Below are positions 1-11,700 of a stretch of 64,000 nucleotides of DNA, in pieces; within the stretch, counting starts at the first letter, position 1, and each line of letters begins with the position of its first letter. The notes below the pieces were generated by a model that saw nothing but the letters and a program-made list of their open reading frames with translations, ran no database searches and had not been told where the DNA came from. The translations under genes were made by a program, and so were the position numbers. This DNA is from Podospora anserina. Lineage: Eukaryota. Location of the stretch: NCBI GenBank assembly GCA_017654855.1, contig CM030332.1, positions 7,688,001 to 7,752,000 on the forward strand. Direction: 5' to 3'.

Positions 1-1860
1 AAAAATAAAATAAAAAATAAAAAAGGCGCAATGGATAGCCACCAAAGGGTCCAGAATTGGCAAGGGGGCTCGCGGCTCTTTCTACTCTGGGGTTGATGTC
101 ATCCCACGATCTAGGTTCGGACGGTTGTGTACACCTTTTCCGACTATGAACTGGGCTAAGGGCCGTTTTGGGTCCTCAGATGATTTGCTGCGGCTGCTCG
201 ACTTTTGTGACCTGTTGGCAGCGGGCGCGGCGTGGTTGGCAGGAGTGGAGTTGCGACTGCGACAAGTCGGCATGTGCTTTGGTGCAACTGGGGCATAAGG
301 TTCCGGTCGAAGGGACGAGCGTGCCACGAGGCCCGAGAAGCTGGATACTTGGACGACTAAGATGTGGGTTTGGGCTTGTTGGTTTGGTGTGTTGTCGAAG
401 AGAACAGCAGGTGGTCGAAACAGCTGGGCGGAAACGGCTGGGACCGTCGAGGGACAGAGAAGGAGAAGAGTGTCAGGGGGCCAGCAGAAGGATGGGAATG
501 TTTGCGGCACGGGGGCATGGAGTTTTGAAGAAGGGACGTGGCAGGGTAGGCAGCCTTGTTCAGCTGCTTGGGGGGGGAGCACTCCTTGTCTGCCAGCAAC
601 CAGCTGAGAGGGTTGTGACGAAACACGCGACCAGAAAAGTGGGCCCTCCCGGCGGCATCTGCGGGTCGCATTCCCATTCAGCGGGGAGCGGCACTGCAAC
701 ACAGAACCCTCAGCATATTTCCCCTCCCCCTCCCCCCCACGGCCCATCAGCCGGTTGGCCCAAGCGAAACCACGAGCGCGGCCTTCCAGTTTTTGGTTTG
801 TCGTTGTGTTTCGTACAAGTATATGTATATTCATTTTCTATCTCGGATGCTACTCTTTTTGAACAACAACAGAACAGCATCTATCTGCCCAAAGACCGGC
901 CGGCCGGCGGTACACAAATTCGCCGGACTCTGCCCGGCCATCCTTGACACTTGGCGGTGGCTTAGTGGGGACGGGCGGCAGTTGGGCCAGTTCCAAAAGG
1001 ATACCGCCTTTTTGTCTGCTGAACAAACAAGGCAAATAGTGGAAACGCTTCCCATCTACAAAGGTCAAAGCAGAGCATCACCCGCCATCGGACCTGGCAG
1101 ACTGATGTCGGATAGAGAGTCTCTCTGACTCTTCCACTGTAGAGTCAACCGGGGGCTTTGGGAGGGAAGAAGCTGCTGTGGATGTGTTGGCACCACACAA
1201 CTAAACTCCTCGGTACAAACCGCCCCGGCAGTCAGCAAGGGTCTACCGACACTTTTTTTTGCCTTTGCAGCCGTTCCTGACAGCTGCAACCCCCAATCCG
1301 GCTTCGGGAGGCTTCATTGGCTGCCCTACTTTGTTTTAAACCCGATGTTGCTCTGTCAAAGGCCTGGTTTTCGGTCCGAAGCCGACCTATCAAACACCTA
1401 AACAAGACATCTGAAGCAAATCAAAACATTTCCAAATAGAAACAAAAGAACATCGTTTCTCTATCATCAAAACCCTAGTTCCCCCGAGATCGTGCTAGCG
1501 CAAGCAAAACTCCCGAAAGAGAAAAAGACCCCTGGTACGGCCGGGGTCTGATGCGGGGAGCGGCCCGCGGACGCCCAGTGGGATGATCTGGCCAATCACA
1601 CGCTCAAAATGCCATCTTTGCCGGATCTGATTGGGCACAGCAGGTCCCAATCCATGTAGTGCATCTTTTCTCTGTTCTGTCGTTGCGGGGGTTGGATGCA
1701 CCTTTTCGATAAATTCATGGTCACGAGGAGAGTTTATGAGCAGACTCACTCCCACGACTCGCAGACCGTCAATTGGCCCTCCCCCTCCCCTTCCCCCCCC
1801 CCTCGTGTTTTCTCCGCATTTTGGGCAGCTTGAGAAATCGAGATGGCGTGTGTGCGTGTT

Positions 1861-1910
1861 GTGGGTGATTGTTTGTGGGTGATTGTTTGTGGGTGATTGT
1901 TTGTGGGTGA
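1861..1910. repeat. 14-bp minisatellite (GTGGGTGATTGTTT) x~3.5
   Basis: Direct tandem copies visible in the sequence. Confidence 0.9.
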
Positions 1911-2123
1911 GGGGAACCAAAAATGGGGTTGCATCAACCAAAAAGATGCCGTGCGTTTTTGGGGTCTTTGCCCCCGACGATGAGAATGGAAGCGGAAGCT
2001 GCGGAAGGGTCCCTTTTTACATCAGGGTCTAGGACCCCTAGGGAAACTGTCAGTCCAGGACCCTGGGGAAACTGTCAGCCTAAGGCCGGAACCCGGACCG
2101 GAGTGTTTGTTTGCTGCTACCGA

Positions 2124-2163
2124 GCAGGTGCCACGCAGGTGCCACGCAGGTGCCACGCAGGTG
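2124..2163. repeat. 11-bp tandem repeat (GCAGGTGCCAC) x3 plus a partial copy
   Basis: Exact tandem copies; each contains the E-box-like CAGGTG. Confidence 0.9.
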
Positions 2164-2904
2164 TTGATCGTTATCCAGTTTATCAAGTTGATAAATCAAC
2201 CGAGCTCAGCCCGCCACCGGTTTGGACTTGGCTGATGTTGGCTTGCTTGCTTTGGCAGAAGAAAAGAAAAAGCGCGCAAAAATGCCGGTAGTCGGATTGA
2301 TGCAGGAGTCGGTCGGGCCTGCAGGGTGGGAGGGAGGGAGGGAGGGCTTGCACAGAATGCTTCTTGTCTGGAGAGGACCAACCACATGCTGCGGACTACG
2401 GCTGCGCCACCGCATGCTCTCTCCGAGGGAGAACATGTAGATGCTGTGGGTTGTCTGGCTACGGATGGAGGAAGAACTGCAAATGAATGTGGACACGGAA
2501 ACAGCACAGAAGGCGAGGGAGTCACTGGACATTGGTCTCCCAAAAACCGCTGCAAGGAAAACACAAGGGACAAATCGAGATATGCTAGAGACACTCTCTG
2601 ACTGGAGACATCGGGGCATCGAGGGGGATCGCAAGCAGGAGAACAGAACTTGGCACACTAGGTACGGATGTTGGGGAAAGCTGATATCCGACATGCAGGT
2701 GTTCAACACATCACAATTAGACGTCGGGCCATCAAACATGAGCCTTCCAAGACCAGCCACGAGATCTCAAAACAAGCACAAAAGCACTGTCAGACTCGAA
2801 ATAGGCATCGAAAGCAGACAGCGAGAGGCATTCTGATCAGAAAAGAAGAAGCCCAGATTATTATTCCCACGCAACCATCCAGAGCCCGCCCGAAGCCAAC
2901 CGCC

Positions 2905-3590
2905 TCAAGGGCGGGAGAAATAGCGCCCCATGGGCGAGTTAGGATCCAACATGAGGTTCAGGTGCGGCGGGTTGTCCTTGGTGAGGCAGTTGCCACAGAT
3001 TTTGGGACTATACAGCAGAATCAGTCGACCAAGCATATCGAGGGACAAGCAAGGGGGAGAGCAAAAACACTCACGACTCCTCAAACTCCATAATCTTGGG
3101 CTCACACCTGGCAATTTTGCCATAGTGCTTGAACTTTTCGCAATGCTTGGTCGCGAGCCAGCGCAGGTGGCCGCAGGCGAGGTACTCTCTCTGATCAGCG
3201 TTAGCACATGGGCCGTGGGGGCGTTCACGAGCGCTTGGTTCAACACGCGAGGAGGAGGGGGGCAGGAAGATTGTGGAACGAGAAACAGCACAAGCAAACG
3301 GACCGGACAGGACAGAGATGGAGACCTGCCCGGAAGCGAAGACGAGGAATACGGTACAGCAGAGGGACAAGATACAACAAAACGACAAAGCATGACGAGC
3401 ATGATAACAGTGTGATGGGAGGAGGTCAACATCCACAAGAAAACAAAAACATAACAAAACAAGCGGCCGCGACTGGAATGGGACGACAGAACAACAGCCA
3501 GAAGGGCGAGAAAAAACCATACGAGAGCCAAGCAAGACTGGGAGAAGGAGAACAAAGATTTTGAGGGCATACCTGCTTGTACTCGCACAT
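2905..3590 (-). CDS. 78-aa Cys-rich microprotein, 3 exons (3590-3573, 3190-3075, 3007-2905)
   Basis: ATG TGC GAG TAC AAG CAG|GTATGC...GCTAAC GCTGATCAG|AGA GAG TAC...GAG TC|GTGAGT...CTGAT...TAG|T CCC AAA. Intron phases join exactly, giving MCEYKQREYLACGHLRWLATKHCEKFKHYGKIARCEPKIMEFEESPKICGNCLTKDNPPHLNLMLDPNSPMGRYFSRP*. Confidence 0.85.
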
Positions 3591-3685
3591 GATGGAAGAT
3601 TATCCTGTGACCTGGTGTGGTATGGTTCAGGGTGCCTGAGTGAGTGGTGAGCGTTCGAGAGATTCGAGAGAGGTGTAGAGTCTGC

Positions 3686-3758
3686 TGAGCGAGAGAAGTG
3701 TTTGGGTTGTTGAGCGAGAGAAGTGTGTTTGGGTTATTGAGCGAGAGAAAAAGTGTTG
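3686..3758. repeat. Three imperfect ~25-27-bp tandem copies starting TGAGCGAGAG(AAGTG)
   Basis: TGAGCGAGAG at 3686, 3711 and 3738, just upstream of the microprotein ATG. Confidence 0.75.
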
Positions 3759-6700
3759 ACGGTCTAACGCGGGGTACTCCTTACACTCGATATTCAGGGC
3801 AAAGTCGGTCTCAGAGTCGCTCTGGAAGGAGAGCGGTGTTGAGGGGCTGTTTGAAGGGCGGTGGTATAAGGCGGTAAGGCGACGAGAATTATGACCAGCA
3901 ACTGACCCATAAATGAGTGTTTGTTGGAAGGACGAGTGATAGAAGACACAACCGCTCTGGAGAAAGGTGATTCCCTCACACTCTGGACGACCGGACGTCT
4001 CCCTCCATTTATCATCATCAATATGGTGAGTGGGATGGAGGGGCTGATAGAGGGCGGCAGGATCGCCATGCCGGTTTCTTTTTCCGCCGAGACAGCGGAT
4101 AGCCTTCCTGTTGGTGGATAACTGTCAGAAGAAGCAACGCAAGCAAGGGAGAAAAAAAAACTTGAACTCAAACCGACTTGGTATGTGACGAAACATTTCA
4201 CTCTGCCTCGCCCAACCGCATCGCTGGCTTTGTCAAGTAAAGACCACTCACCAATGATGTTTGATAGTATCACGAAGCAGAACTGAGACTCAAAGCCGAT
4301 CAAGTCTTCTGGCCACACCATCATGACCACCCAGAGCAAGAAACAAACAAGCTCTTCGGGCCGTCATGGAAGCACTCGGCAAACTACTTCTCCGGACTCA
4401 CATCTCACCTCCCCGTGGTTGCTTCTTCTTGCTGAGCTGAAAAGTGACTGGCGAGAAAGGGCGGCATGTCAAGTGCATGCCGACATGGTGCGCCGTGCTT
4501 GTTTCGGTTCAGGAGAGACGATCCGATACCTGCAATAACAGATAGCAACCAGCTCGGCCAGCTGTTTCGGACAAGTCATAAGGGTGCTCACCGCCGGTGC
4601 GCCTGCCTAGCTCCCCGTCGAGCTCTGAGTCGTTCGCGCTGGGACGGGCCACAAGACAAGGCGTTCTAGGTCTTGCGGTGCTCGGACACAAAACCTCCTT
4701 GCCTGCCGCTTCTCGCCACCTTGCTCTAAATGCGGTGGCTTTATGCTCAATGTCTTTCTCAGTCATGGGGCAAACGGCCAGCACGTGAAGGGTTGGCGGT
4801 GAGGTGCTACAGTGTCACGGCTGTCATCCGTCAGAACAAGGCAATTGTTGCACCAAACAGTCAACCATTTGGACGATGGCCAGTCCAGCTTTCATCACTG
4901 TCAAGCAAAGTAACCTTGTCTTCTTCCCTCGTTCACAAGTCTAGGTCCGGCAAAGCTCACCTGCAAGTTCAAGCTTCAAGAAGCGTGGTGATGACCGATC
5001 AACCATCTGCTGATCTGCGCGCATTGAGCACAGTGGCGCAAACACAGCTATTCTTACTCTCAGACTTTTTGCTATCGAGTTCTCCTGATTTCGATTCCTT
5101 CGGCCCCAGTCACATTTTCCATGTCTCTTTCCCTCATTCTCTCACATCACCCAAAGAACCCCCCAGTCAGCCAACTTGGAGCACGCCATTGATTCGTGGT
5201 CGACACTTCCACGATTGCTTAGCGTGTCCCGACATAGGTACAAGGCAAGAAGAGAAAAATCAGTCTGTCGCGAAGGGCACTGCTGCATGGAATCACCTGG
5301 ACAGAGCTTCTGGAAGGTTTGCCTTGCACGACTTCATCTACGATGGCTTTACCGCTGGAGGATACGGATAGCTGATGCGACGGGTGGTGGCATAAGGGCC
5401 AAGTGCTGACCATGCTGTGCTCTCACGCCGTGCAGACAACAAAAGATAAAGTAGAGAGAGGTATCTGTTTTTTTATATGATTCTTACATGCCTAACTGCA
5501 GACCGAGCCTAGCAAAACCTCTTGGCAAAGGTGACTCTCGGGCTCTCTAGAAGGAGTGTCTTGCCAAGGGTGGTGATACCTGCCCGTCTGAGGAGGTGAG
5601 AAGAGAGCTTGCGCAAAAGGCTTTCGTTCATACTCACCCACCGCTAGCAAGACTGTAGATAACAAAACCGACAGGAGGGTTCTACGAGAACTTGGAAGGT
5701 ATGACAGTATGACGGTATGACCCAGCATGGATCTATTAAAACAATAGTCACCCCGAACGCGAGTGTACCACCTGCCAAGAGACTCCCTGTTGCTCAACAG
5801 TCCTCATCCCAGGTGTATCACCTGCCAAGAGGCTCACCGCGCCGCTGTTCGGTCTTCTCTCGTAGAAAGATTGCAGGTGTAACACTTGGCAAATCTGCTG
5901 TGAAAAAAGATGAAAATACCGAGTGCCGTCTTGGCGGGCTCTTTTTTCTTGTGTTTGTCATTTTCAGAGGGGTTGGGTTACTCAGAGGACAAGGCAGTGT
6001 GAAATGTGAGTCTTTGGGTTGAGATGGGAAGTCTGTATCAGTCATAGGTATTCCAGATAAGAATGACAAGGTAGGTACTTTAAGTGCTGTCGGGGTAGAG
6101 AAACCATCGTGGCTCTGTCAAGCTATTCTGTGTAGATAGGCTCATGTTTCAGGGGCGATGCTTTTGACGCGTGGATCACATACGCGGTCAATAACAGGGC
6201 TTGAAGCAGAACAATCCTCTGGTTCGTCTTGATTTGGTCCTGTATTCTGTATTGGGTGGGACACAAAACTTGGTAGCTTACGTCTGTGCGGTCTATCACA
6301 GAGGCCGAGTCGTTCAGTACCTATGCTATCACCTCGTCAGCAGCGGCGATGATTTGCTGTTCGCAGCTTCGGCGAGGCTTCAGATAGCTGGGTAGCTGTG
6401 AGCTGTTCTCGTGTAAAGCGGCAATAGTACTCGAAAGGTACTCAAGGGTAGTCTTGAGAGTTCTTGTGTATGTAGGTGGAACATAGAATGGCTCATGAGC
6501 TGATTGGCAGTATGGCATTTGTTCAGGGGTTCTGAGTTCGAGCAAACATATATCACTTCCAAGGCAATACATAGGTACTTTTTCCAAGTTCTGAGGAGTA
6601 CAGCTATGACCACATAACAATGCTGTCTCAGTATCTTAAGTCTCAGGAGCAGGCAAGGTGTTGGGAGAATCGCTGACTACATATGCAGTGATCGTTATAC

Positions 6701-6906
6701 CTGCATTAAAGACTCTTAACCGGTGACCACGTCTCGAGACTGGGGTCTTCTTCATTCTTGATCGAAAAAAACCAGGAAATAGTCTGCGAACAGGCCCAGG
6801 CCGACACTTGTGTTGTACAGCAGAATATTTTTGAGTCTGACCCCGAGAAAAGAGCAGCGCCTTTTTTGGTAAACCCTAGAAGGAAAAGGGGTAAGAGCAG
6901 TGCTCA

Positions 6907-6967
6907 AATGTAATGGAAGCAATGTAATGGAAGCAATGTAATGGAAGCAATGTAACGGAAGCAATGT
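6907..6967. repeat. 14-bp minisatellite (AATGTAATGGAAGC) x4
   Basis: Three exact copies and one with a single mismatch. Confidence 0.9.
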
Positions 6968-7126
6968 TATGTTCTTTGAAGGGAACACATCCTTCCATAA
7001 CAAACACCACAAGGTAGCCACCCAGAAGAAGAGATGTAGCTAGTAACTAACTAACTAAACAACACCAACAGAGACAAAAAAGAAAAGATAAACAAACACT
7101 CCCCTCGGACCAGGGAACCAAACCAT

Positions 7127-7259
7127 TGGGAACTGTGAGGCTCGAACTCACGACCTCAGGATAACTCTGATGTTATGCAACCAGATCATATTTCTCCTTG
7201 TCATCAAATCTGACAATTTTCATATGAGACCTGCGCTCTTCCAACTGAGCCAAGCTCCC
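7127..7259 (-). tRNA. tRNA-Met(CAT), elongator type, with a 60-nt intron (7163-7222)
   Basis: Minus strand reads GGGAGCTTGGCTCAGTTGGAAGAGCGCAGGTCT-CAT-A[intron]ATCCTGAGGTCGTGAGTTCGAGCCTCACAGTTCCCA. It has an acceptor stem, D arm and GTTCGA T-loop. The intron follows position 37, and the U31-U39 pair matches fungal elongator tRNA-Met. Confidence 0.95.
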
Positions 7260-7981
7260 TGTTTTCCTGTCATGTTCTCCTCCCTTCAGAAACTTTTCTC
7301 ATAAAGCTTTTCCCACTTCTCCTCACAACTCCCGAGTCAGTCCGGTAGACTCTCCCTCCCAAGCCCCCCAGGTGGAGAAAACCAGGACTTGTTCCCAGGA
7401 TAGCGCCTCTTCTTCCCACCGGCATCTGCTCTTATCCAACCTCGTTGGCTTTTCTTGCCAACACGCAACCCCCCCCCCGTCCCCCCCAAAAAAGAAGACA
7501 GGGGCCAAACTCACCCAGAATGACTGGAGATCAAACCATGAAACGTGGTCGCGTGATACTCGACACTCCTTGTTCCCCCCTTTCCTGCCTCGCCATGCAA
7601 TGTGTCAAGGTGTTTTGGACAGCTGTTCTTCTGTCTACCATCGACATCAACAATCAAACCTTGCGTGGGGAACACAAAACCACCAACACTTGCTTACTTA
7701 TCCCGCTGAGGCTTCCTCAAATCTAACCTGACACGTGCTGCATATCTCAACCTTGATAGGGCCATTTTATATCCTTCAAAACCCCCTTCCAGAACTTCCC
7801 AGAAACCCGGGAAACCCATCACCTGTCTCTGAACGTCCACGCACCTGCCATGTACAAACTCACATGCATATATGCCCCCCCCCCTAACATACCGACCTTT
7901 GCCTACAGTGGGTTGGAATTGTACGTAAAAACAAAATCCTTTCACAGATCTGCAATCCTCCATCGTGACTAATCGGCCTTC

Positions 7982-8308
7982 TTTTTTTATTTAATTTTTT
8001 ATTTAATTTTTTATTTAATTTTTTATTTAATTTTTTATTTAATTTTTTATTTAATTTTTTATTTAATTTTTTATTTAATTTTTTATTTAATTTTTTATTT
8101 AATTTTTTATTTAATTTTTTATTTATTTAATTTTTTTATTTCATTTTATTTTATTTTGTTTCATTATTCTTGATTAAATTTTCATTTTTTATGATTTTTT
8201 TTATTTTATTTTTTTATGTAGTTTTTGTGTTATTTTTTTTTTTTTTTTTTTTTTCATTTTATGGTTTTTTATTTTTTATTTATTTATTCATTTATTTTTT
8301 ATTTTTTA
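7982..8308. repeat. AT-rich island: (TTTTTTATTTAA)n ~12 copies followed by T-rich low-complexity sequence
   Basis: 12-bp periodic unit at ~7983-8130, then degenerate poly-T/TTTA. Confidence 0.9.
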
Positions 8309-8710
8309 CGTACTGTAGAGACCGAACAAAAGACGGCTAGCTATACATAAAACAAAATAACCGGACACCGGTTTCCCCCCCCCGGTCCCGTGTGTGCAGC
8401 CCCCACCACACTCCACCTTGAACAACAACATCACCATTCCCGGCTTCGGTGGTAGGCTGAACATTCATCACCCCATTCCCATCATCATCATCACCATCAT
8501 CATCATCATCCATCGCAACTTCGGGGAGTCGGGGTCCCGGGTCTTACCCTGGTCCGTGGTTTTTGCATCTGCCGTGTTGTGGGATCCACTCAGACCCGCA
8601 CCCGGAAGGAGGGGGGAGGAGGGCCAAGGACTCGCTCCCGTCGCTCGCTCGTTCGGGCGGTTCGGACGGGATCGCGCGGTAAAGAGCGGCGGCGGATGAA
8701 ATGATAAAAC

Positions 8711-8711
<1 letters not shown>

Positions 8712-8757
<46 letters not shown>
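8712..8757. repeat. (GT)n microsatellite
   Basis: Direct observation. Confidence 0.95.
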
Positions 8758-8758
<1 letters not shown>

Positions 8759-11700
8759 ATATCTGATGGGTATGAGACACTAGGCTCTACGATGTGGAAA
8801 ACCAGCATCACAAGGAGTTTCTCCCAAAGATGGCAATGGGAATAGTAAGGGTAAATGTCTCTTCTTGGCTGGTAGGTTGAGTGAAAAAGATGCAACCCAA
8901 GAAGTCTTGATGACCCTCTTTGTCAACTTGCTTGTTTGGCAAATTCAGATAACACAAGCTTCCACCAGTCGTGATCAAATCACAAAAGTACGTATGAAAC
9001 CTCCACCCCCCCCCCCAAAAAAAAGAACCAAGAAACCGAAAGAATTGTGAATCGCGGCTTCTATGGTGGTTCGCTTTTCCCACAACGCGACAGAAAGGAC
9101 GGCGATTTCAGACGCTTCCACGTAGCGCAGCAGCAGCAGCTGAATGGTGCCGCCGGTCAGCGGACCCGGCAAAGACGGCACGGCGGGAATAACAAAAGGA
9201 GCCCAAGGCCAGAGGGGGGCGCACGACTTTTCCGACAAAAGCTTAGCATCCTGTCTTGGGGACCACCAAGCAGATGGTCGGAAGCTTGTCGGGGTCACCT
9301 CGCGTCATCACCACCTCCGGCCACTCATCGGGCGTGCTTGGGGCGGCAGGGCGTTCTTTGGGGTCCTCGGGGGCGGGGGGGGGGGGTTGTTGGGGTTGGC
9401 TTCCAGCTGTGCAAACCTGCTCGCTACGTCAGCCGGCCTCCGGGTCGGCGAAAATATGATGGGGTGTGCCATCCGTCCCGCGATGTTGTTCCTCGAGGAT
9501 CCGAGCACCTGGGCTACCGGTCTTTTTGGGCTTGGTCCGAAGCTGTGTCAGCATCCCATCTCGATATCCCAAGATCATATGTAAATGTCAAGAAAAAAAG
9601 GGGTCCTGGGTTGACCGTCTTGGCTTCCTTGCCAAGCGACGGAATACCGATGCCAAGTGGTTCACGGCGTCCTTGTTCGGCTGCAGGTACCGAACTCCTC
9701 GATAAGTTCCGCAACAGACGAATGTGAAAGCTTACGAATGCCCTGGTGTTTGCTGGCGTTGGCTTGGTCGTGGCAGAGGGAGCAAAAAAGCTGGCTAGCG
9801 GTCAAATGATGCGACTAGTTGGCAGCTAACTACAGCAAAGTATCCAGTACATCTGGCACTTGACGCCTGGGTCAGCCCAATCCCGAGACGAACCAGATAG
9901 GAGAGGTGGATGGCGGTTAGCCCTGTCCCAAACAACATGCAAACACACATTGCGTGCGGGATTTTCCATGTCTATCATGATGTGCTGGTCATGCTGGCTG
10001 AACTTCAACTTGCTGATATCAGACCATGTTCGTTGCCATGTTGGGAAAGTTCAGAGTGCCAAAGGCCGTCGTGGAACGCTTGGTTCCCTCTACCCTATTG
10101 CATGGTAGAGCCAATCAGACCGCCCAGACGGGGCAGGTTCCATGTCAGGGGCACTGGGAGGGCATACAGAGGTTTGAAAAGGGCAGGCTCCCACGAGCAC
10201 GAGGGAACTTGGAATCCAAGATGGTCTCCCGTCCGTCACTTGTTCTCCATTGCCCAAGACGCAGAGGGGTGAGTTCGTTCTGGAGACGAGTTCACGCACC
10301 AGAGCGGCATCCACACGGCTCCTCCCATCCAAGAGGACGGAACACCTCCTCTTCTCCTTCCGTGCCCACACCCCCTCTCCCCATCATTCACATCTGCCAT
10401 GTTTTGGGTCGTACTTGGGGAACGGATGGCTGATCAGGAAGGCCTTTGTACACCCTGAGCGCGGGGAAAAAAGACTCAAGCCACGAAGCATACTATCGCG
10501 GACACAGCAGGACGCATCCGTTGCCGTGTGAATCATGCGGGCTCTGACGAGGTCTTGAGAATACTGCTTCTCAATTGGCAACAGCCCATTGGTGTTTTTC
10601 AGTCGACCAGTCCTGAGCGGCAAGCCTCGACTGCTATTGATGTCCCAATCCTGGTCGATATCGAACCCGACGTCGTTTGAAGAGCGGGGAAACAAAAGCA
10701 ATGGAGGGGAGGGGAATGAACAAGCCTTTCTCGGCATCGCCTTGCAAGGGTGTCTGTCAGGCCTTGGGCTTGGGACAGGCCGACGCGAAAGAGCGAGCAG
10801 AGTGACGCGCCGGTGAGCGTCCAAGGATCGGTGAAGGCTTGCCCCTTTGCAGCACGATCGAGCATATCGACTCAAACCGAGACAGACGAGGCGCAAGAAA
10901 GCAATGCCCAGACGGGAGATCGAAACGCCAAGACAGTCTGACGAGCTTGGGAGTTATCTCGACCTATCCAAGCCGGTCGATGTGCCGCCTTGTGTCGCTG
11001 GACCACCGCGACCCTGCGGAACATCGATCTGCTGGCTGGACCGGGAGAAGAGTGAAGTTATGATGCTGATTATCCGTACCCGGTCTCTTCCGCTCTCCTA
11101 CCACGCGGCAGATTTCATGGACGGCGTGATGGGCGTTTCGGCGATGGACTGTTGGCTGACGGGGCCGGAGATGTTTCTTCCCATGGCTGCTGAAGTGTGC
11201 GAGTGTGTGGCTGCCAAGCCGCTCCCCTTCTGACAGGGAAAAGAGGTCCGCATTTAGCAATTATATGGTAATAGCATTTTGCTACAAACTGCACGGGGCG
11301 GCAGGTGTGGTTGGTGGGCGGCAGAAAGTGTCTGTTGCAATTGACGTCGTTTTGGGAATGCTGCAGATGCAGTGCATCACAAGCGAGCCAGTCGATGGGA
11401 AATCATGGAGAAGGAACGTGGGGGAAGCGATAACAGGCTCCACTCGCCCTCGGAAAATCGAACGACGATTTTCTTTGGTGACGGGCTTTCCGTTTTGGGC
11501 AGAATTGCGTAGCTGGAGTTTGGTTGACCAGTTCTGCGCTCCATTGGAATGGATGTGGTGTCAAGGTAAGGTCCGGGATGGCTTGTGCGTCCGGCCGGTG
11601 AAGCGTGTTTGAAAAAGTAACTGGCGGAAACGGATGCCGAAGGGGGAGGGCCGCTCGGAGAGCACGCGGTGACGAACGCCGAGCCCTTGGCAACGGCTCG

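Noticed and set aside
82-947. Overlapping 250- and 259-aa ORFs on opposite strands
   Set aside because: No recognisable motifs; composition is typical of GC-rich UTR or intergenic DNA.
2324-2346. Perfect G-quadruplex-forming run GGGTGGG(AGGG)4
   Set aside because: Simple (GGGA)n microsatellite with no positional evidence of function.
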